A DNA stretch of 53,081 nt, filler included, from Stramenopiles sp. TOSAG23-2 (Eukaryota), in NCBI GenBank assembly GCA_900128395.1. It is 3 parts of 3 records of this genome, joined end to end, with 100 filler letters (N's around TTAATTAATTAA, not from the genome) between each part and the next. Parts side by side here need not be neighbours in the genome. Positions count along the whole stretch, not along the records: positions 17,753 to 35,384 come from LT649635.1; 2 more parts are not named here. The stretch is one strand, 5' to 3'. Positions 21,848 to 31,310 of the stretch are shown in pieces. Position numbers and translations under genes: made by a program. The notes beneath the pieces were generated by a model. It saw only the letters and a program-made list of their open reading frames with translations. It ran no database searches and was not told the DNA's origin. How positions within the stretch are numbered: the first letter of the stretch is position 1; every line of letters begins with the position of its first letter.

Positions 21848-23164
21848 ATGACACATATAGTTAAACCATTGCAAACGATGCCAATTGGAATATTGCAACA
21901 AACAAATAAAGTAATTGCATATGAATTTTTTAGTGGCATCGGCGGTTTTCATGCAGCATTAAAAACTTCTTGCAATGGTCGTGTTAAAAAGGCTTTTGAA
22001 ATTTCTCCCAAGTGCATAAAAGTTTATCAACAAAATTTTCCAGAGACAAAAATAGTTAAGAAAACAATAGATTCGCTGAAGATCGTGGATTTGCAATTAG
22101 ACGATGAAAAGGATGCGTCTCTTTTTTTATGGTTGTTATCCCCGCCTTGTCAACCATTCACAAGGAGTAGAAGAAGTGAAGATGCTGTAGATGATAAAGA
22201 TAATAGGACCACGGGCTTTTTGCATTTAATTGAAAATTTGTTAACAAAAATTTGTAATAGCAAAGATGTAAAAGATAGAAAGCCAGATATAGTTTTCGTT
22301 GAAAATGTGGTTGGTTATGAAAAATCAAGAACAAGGATACGCGTCTTAAAAATATTAGTTGAGCAATTAGGATATAAACGGGTTGATGAATATATATTGG
22401 ACTCGCATGATTTTGGAATACCAAATCAAAGACCAAGATACTATGGCGTTTACACATGTCGTAATAAAAAAAAACAAATGAATACTAATAAGGAGGATAT
22501 CAAGATGATGAATGATAATAATCAAAAATTACCGAGACCTTCTGTTGAAAATAATTGGATAATTGAACCAATTTTAATAACGAAACAATCATCCTTTCCT
22601 TTTGATAGGGTTGTAAAAACAAAGCTTTCAGAATATCTTGATGAAACTCCAATAATCGATGAAATTCCAGAAGAAATCATGCAAAAAGCAGTTCGTAATC
22701 ATATAAGGTATGACATTTCATTGAAAACTGATAATATTAGTGCATGTTTATCAAAAGGATATGGCAAGTTTCCAAGGGGATATGGGCCATTATTGCTTTA
22801 CAAAATTGATAAACATGCTGCTGAAAAAATGAATGATGACTCTGACAACAACAATAATGAAAAAAATGATTTTATTGAATATCAATTGAAAATAAATGTA
22901 AAACAAAATAAAAGTGATGAGAAATCTACGAACAACGATCTGATTGAAAAAAATCGACGTCATTATTATATTGTCTGGCGCCAAGGATATCACATTCGAT
23001 ATTTTACACCACGGGAGTGTTTGAGACTATTATATTTTCCAAAAAACTTCGTGTTTCCACAAGACATGAAAAATACAGAAAAATTATCTTTATGCGGTAA
23101 CTCATTAAATGTGAAAGTAGTATCAGAGATTCTAAAAAAAACTTTAAAAGAAATTTTGATCTGA
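21848..23164 (+). CDS. TRDMT1: C5 cytosine methyltransferase, DNMT2/TRDMT1 family
   Basis: EFFSGIGG (motif I), SPPCQPFTR (IV), ENVVG (VI), GIPNQRPRYY (VIII), RYFTPRE, GNSLNV (X). Confidence 0.88.
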   Translation: MTHIVKPLQTMPIGILQQTNKVIAYEFFSGIGGFHAALKTSCNGRVKKAFEISPKCIKVYQQNFPETKIVKKTIDSLKIVDLQLDDEKDASLFLWLLSPPCQPFTRSRRSEDAVDDKDNRTTGFLHLIENLLTKICNSKDVKDRKPDIVFVENVVGYEKSRTRIRVLKILVEQLGYKRVDEYILDSHDFGIPNQRPRYYGVYTCRNKKKQMNTNKEDIKMMNDNNQKLPRPSVENNWIIEPILITKQSSFPFDRVVKTKLSEYLDETPIIDEIPEEIMQKAVRNHIRYDISLKTDNISACLSKGYGKFPRGYGPLLLYKIDKHAAEKMNDDSDNNNNEKNDFIEYQLKINVKQNKSDEKSTNNDLIEKNRRHYYIVWRQGYHIRYFTPRECLRLLYFPKNFVFPQDMKNTEKLSLCGNSLNVKVVSEILKKTLKEILI

Positions 23165-23340
23165 AAAAGGGGAAAAAATAGGATACGCAAATGTAATTAA
23201 AAAATATTAATATATATATAACACGGGAAGTAAAATTATTTTATACAACTTAGATTTTAACCGTATCCTTTTTATAATACGATACGACGTACGAGTATCA
23301 TATATCATACGACTACAGGAGTATTAAAATATTTTTGTTA

Positions 23341-25956
23341 TTATGAGAACAATTTCATAGTTGTTTCTTTGATAATGTCTTTAACTTTTTGCATAATCAC
23401 ATCACCATCAACCGCTTTAGAATCTTTAAACTCATTTGAAATTTGTTTATAAACATGGCCCATAACTTTTTGTGTTTTTTTTTGTACTACTTCTTTCATT
23501 TTTGTTGATGCCTCATTTTTAATTGAATTTATTTTATCTTCTGCTTCCTTCTTTATTCCATCAATTTTTTCTTGTTCAAGTTTTAATAAATTTTCAAGTT
23601 GAATTACTTTTTCCTTTAACAAATTACTACCATTACCTTTGTTTTCATCGTTCGCTTCGGACTTTCCCGCTTCCGTGATTTCTGTTGTTGCAGATGGTGA
23701 TGGTGATTCCGTTGTTGGTGTTGCCATTTTTTCAAATTTTTCTACTTTCAATTTCAAAGCCTCAATTTCTTCTTCTTTCACACTCAGTTGATTTCTTAAA
23801 TCAGCTTTAATTGCTTCATTTTCACTAATCAAGTTTGCATGAACATTTTTCATATTATCTAATTCCTCTTTTGCTTGGGCTGAATGTTGTTCCATTTCAT
23901 CCGCAAGTTTTACTTTTTCTTTCAACGCTTGAAGTTCTTCCCGATGATTCAAGTGTCCCTCACTAACTTCTGAAAGTTTTTTTAATGTCTCGTTTCTTTT
24001 TTCTCGTAAATCAATAATTGTGGTTACATATTCTTGATTCTTTTCCAATAAATCAGCTACTTTAGATTGTAAATCGGAAATTTTGTCAACATGCTTCGAT
24101 GACTCCGTCTTCAATTTTTCTGTTTCCTTTACGTATAAACTTAAATTTTCTATTAATTGATTTGCATCCAGTTCACTTCCTTTCTTTGTCTCGCCATTTT
24201 TACTATTATATGAGACTACTTGATTTCCACTTGTACCTTCTTCTTGTAAACGTAATAATTTATTTATTTTAGCTTCCATATCTCGTACCATGCGTTCAAC
24301 AGAAGCTGAACTCATTTGAAGTAATTGCATTTGATACCCACTGCCGCTAGGTGTATTATTTCCGTGATTGTTATTATTAACCATAGGCGATGTATAATTA
24401 TTACCATTGTTACCATTAGTATTTTGTGGAGAAAAGTTTTGATTGTATTCGCTATTTATACTATTGCTATAATTACGACCACTATTTCGGCGAGCATCAT
24501 TATTGTTATTGTTGCTGTCATTGTTGTTGTTGTTATCATTATCTTCTACAACAACTAATGCTACACTGTTTGCGTTGTTGGAAGCTGGTTGCTGCTGCTT
24601 TACTGCCAATGATTGTTGCTGTAAAGGTCGATTGGCTTGGTTATCCATAGCTTCAAAATCTCGTGAATCACTTCTTGAATTTCGTCTAACAGTAGCGACT
24701 TCTTGTCCAAGTGCAGATGCTAATGAATGAGCCATCCCACCGCCACTAGCACTACTCGACATACGTGCCATGCGCTCTTTGATACTATCCGAACGCTCTC
24801 GACTTGTACTTTGAGCCTCTTGCTGCAATATGCGTTGTTGATCTTTTTGTTGTGGAACACGTTGTATATTATTATTTGTCGTCAATGACGTTGTTTGTGG
24901 AGGTGGCGGAGGAGATTCAATAGTTTCCTCCGGGTTAGTAATGCCAACTTTACCATTTATTTTTAAAGTACCAAACAACCAACAACCGTTCGGATATTGG
25001 CCCACCGTACTCTTTTCTACAAGAGCTGGTGATATTATGACAATTCGTTCTGCTCCCACTGTCATTCCTACAATACTATCGCTTAATCCACCGAAAACAA
25101 CCTCACCTTCATCCTCGTCGCTCCCTACCGAAATTTCAATATTTGTATTATTCAAAAGAGGCTGCACTTTCAAGCCTCCGTTAGGTAAATCATCTGCATT
25201 AGTCGACATTTTCCATATATTTAATTCTGTAGATACAATCTCGCCAACATTACATTTATCAGATCCTGGTAAAGATAAATCTCCAGATAATATATCAGCA
25301 AACGATGCATCCAATAAAGCATCTTCTCCATATATAGCATCGTGAAATTTAATTAAGGAAATATTCAAACAGAACGAACGATAGTCATTTGGATTGGAAA
25401 AACGTATCGACCAATTTTCTTTTTCACCGTCATAAAAATTTATATACAAATTTGCTTGTAAAGTATATTCAAATCCAACATTTACAGGACATAAACATAC
25501 TGTAGCTTTGTTTGCATCATATATTAAGATGGTATATGAAGTTTTGCTACCCATAAATACACATCCACATGGCCCACCACCCTTTGGCACATAAGCACCA
25601 CCTTCAAGTTTAAAAGCGTGTAAAGTACAATTCCAAACTAAAGTTTTTTTTTGTTGGCTTTGTTGTTGTTGCTGTTGTTGTTTCTGTTGTTGTTTCTGTT
25701 GTTGTTGTTGTTGTTGTTGCTGTTGTTGCTGCTTTGAAACGGTAGCGGAGGTTGCTTGCATTTTTTTTTTTAACGTTGTTTTCCTCACTGGTTTATAAGA
25801 TAATGCAGATGAATCATCATCATCGCTACTATCATCATCCATATCACTATCTCCTCCACCCATTAAATTACGCCTTTGAGTTAAACTTGAACTATTTCCA
25901 TTACTACTACCACCAAATAAGGATGATAACGACGAAGTTGGTTTTTTTCCAAACAT
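23341..25956 (-). CDS. FKBP15/WAFL-like protein (PH-like region, degenerate FKBP domain, coiled coil)
   Basis: N-terminal LSSLFG; YINFYD...NWSIRF; degenerate FKBP GLSDSIVGMTVGAERIVIISPAL; long C-terminal coiled coil ending VKDIIKETT. Confidence 0.65.
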   Translation of the reverse strand: MFGKKPTSSLSSLFGGSSNGNSSSLTQRRNLMGGGDSDMDDDSSDDDDSSALSYKPVRKTTLKKKMQATSATVSKQQQQQQQQQQQQKQQQKQQQQQQQSQQKKTLVWNCTLHAFKLEGGAYVPKGGGPCGCVFMGSKTSYTILIYDANKATVCLCPVNVGFEYTLQANLYINFYDGEKENWSIRFSNPNDYRSFCLNISLIKFHDAIYGEDALLDASFADILSGDLSLPGSDKCNVGEIVSTELNIWKMSTNADDLPNGGLKVQPLLNNTNIEISVGSDEDEGEVVFGGLSDSIVGMTVGAERIVIISPALVEKSTVGQYPNGCWLFGTLKINGKVGITNPEETIESPPPPPQTTSLTTNNNIQRVPQQKDQQRILQQEAQSTSRERSDSIKERMARMSSSASGGGMAHSLASALGQEVATVRRNSRSDSRDFEAMDNQANRPLQQQSLAVKQQQPASNNANSVALVVVEDNDNNNNNDSNNNNNDARRNSGRNYSNSINSEYNQNFSPQNTNGNNGNNYTSPMVNNNNHGNNTPSGSGYQMQLLQMSSASVERMVRDMEAKINKLLRLQEEGTSGNQVVSYNSKNGETKKGSELDANQLIENLSLYVKETEKLKTESSKHVDKISDLQSKVADLLEKNQEYVTTIIDLREKRNETLKKLSEVSEGHLNHREELQALKEKVKLADEMEQHSAQAKEELDNMKNVHANLISENEAIKADLRNQLSVKEEEIEALKLKVEKFEKMATPTTESPSPSATTEITEAGKSEANDENKGNGSNLLKEKVIQLENLLKLEQEKIDGIKKEAEDKINSIKNEASTKMKEVVQKKTQKVMGHVYKQISNEFKDSKAVDGDVIMQKVKDIIKETTMKLFS

Positions 25957-26570
25957 TATCAATATATATGTATTTATTTTATAATGTATATGTATATATA
26001 TTATATATATGTGTGTGTGTGCCTATTAATTATTGATATAATATTTGATATATGAATATACTTGTCTTTTCCAATACTGAGAGACATACACATGGAGATA
26101 TATAATAATAAATATCTAATCCATCCACACAGTAAATGTACATTTTAGACGACGACTCATTCATTCTTCTCTTCTGCCCTTATAATTCTAGAATAATATA
26201 TTTGTAGCGACTACATCACTTTTTTTTAAGGAAAGTTAAATTCCGATCATTAATACTAATCCTACTGTAGCTTATTATTTTTACACTCTGTATTGCAATA
26301 GCATAGCAACACACTCGGGCACCAGCTACGCTCGTATCTGGCTAGCTAGCTAGCTGCTAGCCAGCTAGCAGTATTTGCCTATCTTCTCCGGCCCATCTCC
26401 CCATGGGATCTCATCACACTATTATTGATGATTGGACACACAAACACAAAATATATTAATAATATGCGGTAGAGATAGTAATGAATATAATTGGCAAGAT
26501 ATGAGTATAACAAATGAAACAACGGTCTAAATAAATCTAGTCTATCTAATGCAAAATAGCAAAAACAGAA

Positions 26571-27329
26571 ATGGCAAAGGGAAAATTAAAGTTTTATTTC
26601 ACATTTCGTTCACCATTTGCATGCATTGCATATTATCGTCTAAGACGGGCGCCACAATTCAACGATGTAGATATTCAATTAATTCCATTATGGCCGAAGG
26701 TTACATTCGGCGGGCACATGGACGACCCTGCTGCTTCTATCTTTAAGACGGCATATATCTTTCTGGATGCTGGAAGGCAAGCAGAAATTGCTGGGTTGCG
26801 TGCAGGATTTTTTCATCAATACAATACGATGCTCAGAGACAGGTTACTTAAACCAGGTACAGACTTAAAAACAAAGAAACTTGGTGCTGTTCCACCAAAC
26901 GAGACCTGGCATATTCCCCATGCTGCATTTTTATATGCAGAAAAGTATGGACCAAATAAAGGTTGGGAATTTGGCGAGGCTGTATTTACACGCCGCTTTG
27001 ATTTGGATGGCAAGGGCAGCAAAAATGTCATGACAGAGGAGGTGGTAGAAGAAATTGCAAATAGTCTTGGTTTGAATGGCAAAGAAGCTGCTACAGCGCA
27101 TTCATCTGGTGAATTTGATGAAATTCAAGATAAATATATTCAATATGGAGAGGAAGATGGTGTATTTGGTTTTCCTTTTTTTTCCTATATACCAGCCGAT
27201 GGTCGGCCAAAAGAAACATATTGGGGTAACGATAGGATAGAATATATTTTGAAAACTGTTTTGAATATTGATTATGTCCCATCCATACCAAAAGATACTT
27301 TAGTAGAAATACAACGCAGTCGCTTGTAA
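26571..27329 (+). CDS. DsbA-like / kappa-class GST (HCCA isomerase family) with C-terminal PTS1
   Basis: FYFTFRSPFA, GVFGFPFF, YWGNDR; ends in -SRL. Confidence 0.85.
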   Translation: MAKGKLKFYFTFRSPFACIAYYRLRRAPQFNDVDIQLIPLWPKVTFGGHMDDPAASIFKTAYIFLDAGRQAEIAGLRAGFFHQYNTMLRDRLLKPGTDLKTKKLGAVPPNETWHIPHAAFLYAEKYGPNKGWEFGEAVFTRRFDLDGKGSKNVMTEEVVEEIANSLGLNGKEAATAHSSGEFDEIQDKYIQYGEEDGVFGFPFFSYIPADGRPKETYWGNDRIEYILKTVLNIDYVPSIPKDTLVEIQRSRL

Positions 27330-27698
27330 TTGTGAATATTATATTTTTATTCATACTCTGATAGACATATATGGCATATCATATGATATGATATATCAAA
27401 TATCAGAATATTATTTAATATTAATTAAATATATAAATTTCTTTTACTCCTGGAAGATAACATCTAAAATCAAAAATGATTTAAATACTCCTTTATTATG
27501 TAAACATATGTAGTAAATTATTTTAGTATTCAAAAAGAGTCTTCCTCTGTCTGTGATTCAGAGTTATCATAGGTGAAAACGCTACTCCTTCGTAAAGTTG
27601 TAAGTCACATCCTTTAATTAACCTGTATTTTTTTATATCAATATTGAACATATATATATATATATACAAAAATACACATTTTGTGTATGTCACATTTT

Positions 27699-29165
27699 TT
27701 AAAAAAAATTAAATGAAAACGTCGAACATGTGTTACCATTCGTAAGTTTAATATCTCCGTCTTTATTTTTTGACGTCAAAATTTTTGACAATTTATTGCA
27801 CTTTGTTATTTTATTTTTTCCATCATTCTTACTCGTATTATTAGAATCAATATCTTTCACAAATTCCTTCCACAGTGTATCTTTATAAGCTGCTTTTAGT
27901 GCTAATGTAAATTCTTTATAGAATCCTGCCCTTCGTTCATGTATTAATCCACTAACCAAATGTGACTTTGTTTTCAAGAAATTTAAACAAAATTTCAAAT
28001 TAGATTTTGATACATAATTTTGTGTTATAGCAATGCCATCCTCCAGATTTAAAACCATATGCCACCATCCTTGTGGTACAAAGATCATTTCTCCAGCATT
28101 ACATATGCATTCCCTAGCACCCATTTCTCTGGCATAATCATAAAAATTTAAAAACCATTCAATTAACGTTACTGGAGTGGCTACATCACCACCATCATCT
28201 GTTGGATAAACACCTGGTGGTACTATGTGTGGAGGAAACATGATCCATTTTTTCTTCCCGCTTATTACAGCATTCCATGCTGAAGTAGCATTTGGATCAA
28301 TATGAAAGCTAGATCCCGATCTTGCCGGACCGGCGATTAACCAACGATAATCGGGACGTTTTTCTTCACCTAAAAGTGAAAACAAATCATTCTCTCCTTT
28401 AAAATACGATGGTACATCATAATCGTTTCCAATATCATAGTCAATACTGCTGTAGGTAGAACCAGTCTTTTCAACAAATTTTTTATCAAAAATATACAAA
28501 GGCTGTTCATCGCTACTATTTTTCATATATTGAACATAATCTGGCATTTTAAACGTATAACCTCCAGCATGAATGTCATTTGGATACATCTTCATTAAAT
28601 ATTCCCAATTCCATTTTTTATGACATGGCCAATTACTCACGATATTTGTTAATATGACAGGTTGGCGTGGTTGTTCATATCTTTGTTGGAATTGCGTTAC
28701 GCTTAGATTACTTGCATCGACACGATCAATATTTTCTACTTCAATCCAACGCTTTTGTATCGGTACGACCGTACAATAATGCGATCGAAAGAAAATGTCG
28801 GAAAAAATATTATTCATTTTTATTGGTTGATGTGGCTTGTATTTATCATCAAGATTACTAATATATGTATCTTTCCAAGTTTTATTAAATTTAAACGACC
28901 CACCATATTTATTTAGCACTAGTGCTTTCCAATAATCTTTATCATGTGACAAGACATAAAAATAATTACTCACTAACGCAATGATACCTAAATCTTTTGC
29001 ATTAAAATATCCAAAGAATGTATTATATATAATGGAGTCATTTAACTTTGATAAAAATGTTCCAAGTGACCCATCTCGTCGCTTTGAAATATTAATAATT
29101 ATTTTTCCACTGTCCTTCCTGTGATATATATTTCCTAACGGTTGTATATTGTAAGGATGCTCCAT
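27699..29165 (-). CDS. F-box plus JmjC-domain protein (JMJD6-like clade)
   Basis: HPYNIQPLGN, PLYIFDKKF, RPDYRWLIAGPARSGSSFHIDPNATSAWN, FVPQGWWHMVLNL..AITQNY. Confidence 0.92.
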   Translation of the reverse strand: MEHPYNIQPLGNIYHRKDSGKIIINISKRRDGSLGTFLSKLNDSIIYNTFFGYFNAKDLGIIALVSNYFYVLSHDKDYWKALVLNKYGGSFKFNKTWKDTYISNLDDKYKPHQPIKMNNIFSDIFFRSHYCTVVPIQKRWIEVENIDRVDASNLSVTQFQQRYEQPRQPVILTNIVSNWPCHKKWNWEYLMKMYPNDIHAGGYTFKMPDYVQYMKNSSDEQPLYIFDKKFVEKTGSTYSSIDYDIGNDYDVPSYFKGENDLFSLLGEEKRPDYRWLIAGPARSGSSFHIDPNATSAWNAVISGKKKWIMFPPHIVPPGVYPTDDGGDVATPVTLIEWFLNFYDYAREMGARECICNAGEMIFVPQGWWHMVLNLEDGIAITQNYVSKSNLKFCLNFLKTKSHLVSGLIHERRAGFYKEFTLALKAAYKDTLWKEFVKDIDSNNTSKNDGKNKITKCNKLSKILTSKNKDGDIKLTNGNTCSTFSFNFF

Positions 29166-29419
29166 GTGTAAAATTTAGTGAATTATATACACTAATGATG
29201 ATAAAAATTTTACTGCTATGTGATATTACATTTTCCGATCATTTCTTATTATAATACCTCTAGGAATGTATTATTTATGCGCTTAAAAATATTATTTTAT
29301 ATATTTGCACATTTATTTATTATTAAATAATTTTTTTTTTTGGACGAGCATCTGGGTTCTGGGTGGTGTGTGCCGGTGTGCTTTACTGTATACTGGTGGT
29401 AGCTTTTTTTTGTGCTGAT

Positions 29420-29515
29420 GAAAGCCTGGAAAGCTGGAAAGCCAGAAAGCTGGAAAGCCAGAAAGCTGGAAAGCCAGAAAGCTGAAAACCAGAAAGCTGG
29501 AAAACCAGAAAGCTG
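29420..29515. repeat. 8-bp tandem array alternating GAAAGCTG/GAAAGCCA (16-bp higher-order unit)
   Basis: 12 units read directly from the sequence, in the JmjC/tetraspanin divergent region. Confidence 0.95.
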
Positions 29516-29800
29516 ACATGATCTAACACCATGGTAGGTATAATATATAATTTCAATAATACCTAGTATTAATAGTAAAAAAAAAAATCTTAATAATTAT
29601 TATATAAGCTGGTAAGCACATAACTAATATTTTAATTTTTTTTTTTATTTGTTGCACATCATTTCAAATTTCAATAAATATATATATTTGTATAATTGAA
29701 ATAACAAAGGATCAATATAATATAGCTCCAGACAGCAATATATGCTCAGGAAATATTTCTGTCAATTCATCATCATTCCACAGTATATATTTAAATAACA

Positions 29801-30643
29801 ATGAGGCGCAAAGCAAATTTAAAAAGAATTGAAGATGATGTTATATCTTCAATTCAAAATAAGTCAAGTCTAACTTCAAAATTAGCTAGATGTTCGTTGT
29901 TTTTAATTAATATTATTTTACTTTTGTTTGGAATAGGCATAATTTCAGCATCTATATATTTACTTCAATTTTCAGAATTGTTTTACGGCAATGAGCAATT
30001 TGCAGAAGATCTAGTTCTTGGTCTGTACTTTATTTTGGTCGGTGGGTGTGTAATGATTTTTATTTCATTTTGTGGCTTATGTGCAATATCAAAAGGCAAT
30101 GTTAAATATTATATTTGTTATCAAATCCTTGTTACCTTGACTATAATTATCGTTTCTATTGGTGTATTGGTCGTATTGTTAGGTTTTCAAGATAAAATGC
30201 ATTTGCCAGGTCATGAGTCACAACATTCAAAGGAAATGCATGCAAAAGGTTGGGATCTATATTTAAATGAAACTTACGTTGATTGTTGTATCAAAGCGAA
30301 ACAATCAAAAGTGTGTAAATCAACGCGATACGTTGTAAAAAAATATGATGGTGCCGACTGTAATAGCAATCGTGGCGATTGGACTTTAAATAGGTATTCT
30401 GAAGCTATGATTAAAGCTTCAAATGACATTATTACACCACTTCCTATAGTAGCTGGATTCATGACTACTATATTATTGTATGTATGGGCTGCAACATGTC
30501 ATTTGTTATGTTTATATAGATCTGAAAACATTAAAAATCAATATGAATCTGTTTTTGATGATGATGAAAATGAGAGTATGAATTTAGATGATTCTTTCAA
30601 TTCTGAGTCTGGTGGGATTGGGATGGTAAGCGGAACTTTGTAA
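29801..30643 (+). CDS. Tetraspanin-like membrane protein
   Basis: Three N-terminal TM helices (ISFCGLCA pattern), large loop with DCC...C...C, fourth TM helix. Confidence 0.75.
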   Translation: MRRKANLKRIEDDVISSIQNKSSLTSKLARCSLFLINIILLLFGIGIISASIYLLQFSELFYGNEQFAEDLVLGLYFILVGGCVMIFISFCGLCAISKGNVKYYICYQILVTLTIIIVSIGVLVVLLGFQDKMHLPGHESQHSKEMHAKGWDLYLNETYVDCCIKAKQSKVCKSTRYVVKKYDGADCNSNRGDWTLNRYSEAMIKASNDIITPLPIVAGFMTTILLYVWAATCHLLCLYRSENIKNQYESVFDDDENESMNLDDSFNSESGGIGMVSGTL

Positions 30644-31310
30644 AATCGCAAATTATTTTTTGGCTAGCTAACTAGTCTAGAGTCTGGTATTTGCTTGTGT
30701 TAAGCTGGACAACCGTCATAAATTTTCATTGCCAGTATGTTTGTGTATCGTTTCTTATATGAAGTGTGCTTCTTATTTAAAAAAAAAAAGATATGAAATA
30801 TATATATATACTCGTATGATACATTATATAAAAAATATACTTTGTATCATACGAAGTATGATATGAATATTACCTCATCTCGGTAATTCCTGTTCCGGGA
30901 GTTATTTGACACACACACACACATATCGTGTATATATATATATACGAGTATATACGTACATATAATTAAAAGTTATAATAAATATACGCTTCGTACGGCT
31001 TCGTATGAGATAGATAACTAATATTGGCTCTCTTGGTTAAAAGTTATTCGTATTTCTTTTGAGAGCAGGAATTATCACAAGAAGTAGACAACGAAAGAAT
31101 AAATTACGCGCGCATACTTTTACTATCATATATCATATATACGATATATCATATAAGTGTTCGTACAAGAAATATAAATATGCGATATCAACATAATGTG
31201 TACGTACTACGTTTCGTACAACATACAATACACAAATATATTTTTCTCTTCTGACTTTCACTCTATCTACACACACTGTGTCATGTACTTCTCGGGGTGT
31301 CTTTCACACT

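Noticed and set aside
25655..25735. Poly-Q, poly-N, poly-S and poly-T coding microsatellites and (TA)n runs throughout
   Set aside because: Ordinary low-complexity features of AT-rich protist genomes.
29313..29519. 68-aa ORF with AFW/LSSF repeats
   Set aside because: It is only the translation of the 8-bp tandem array.
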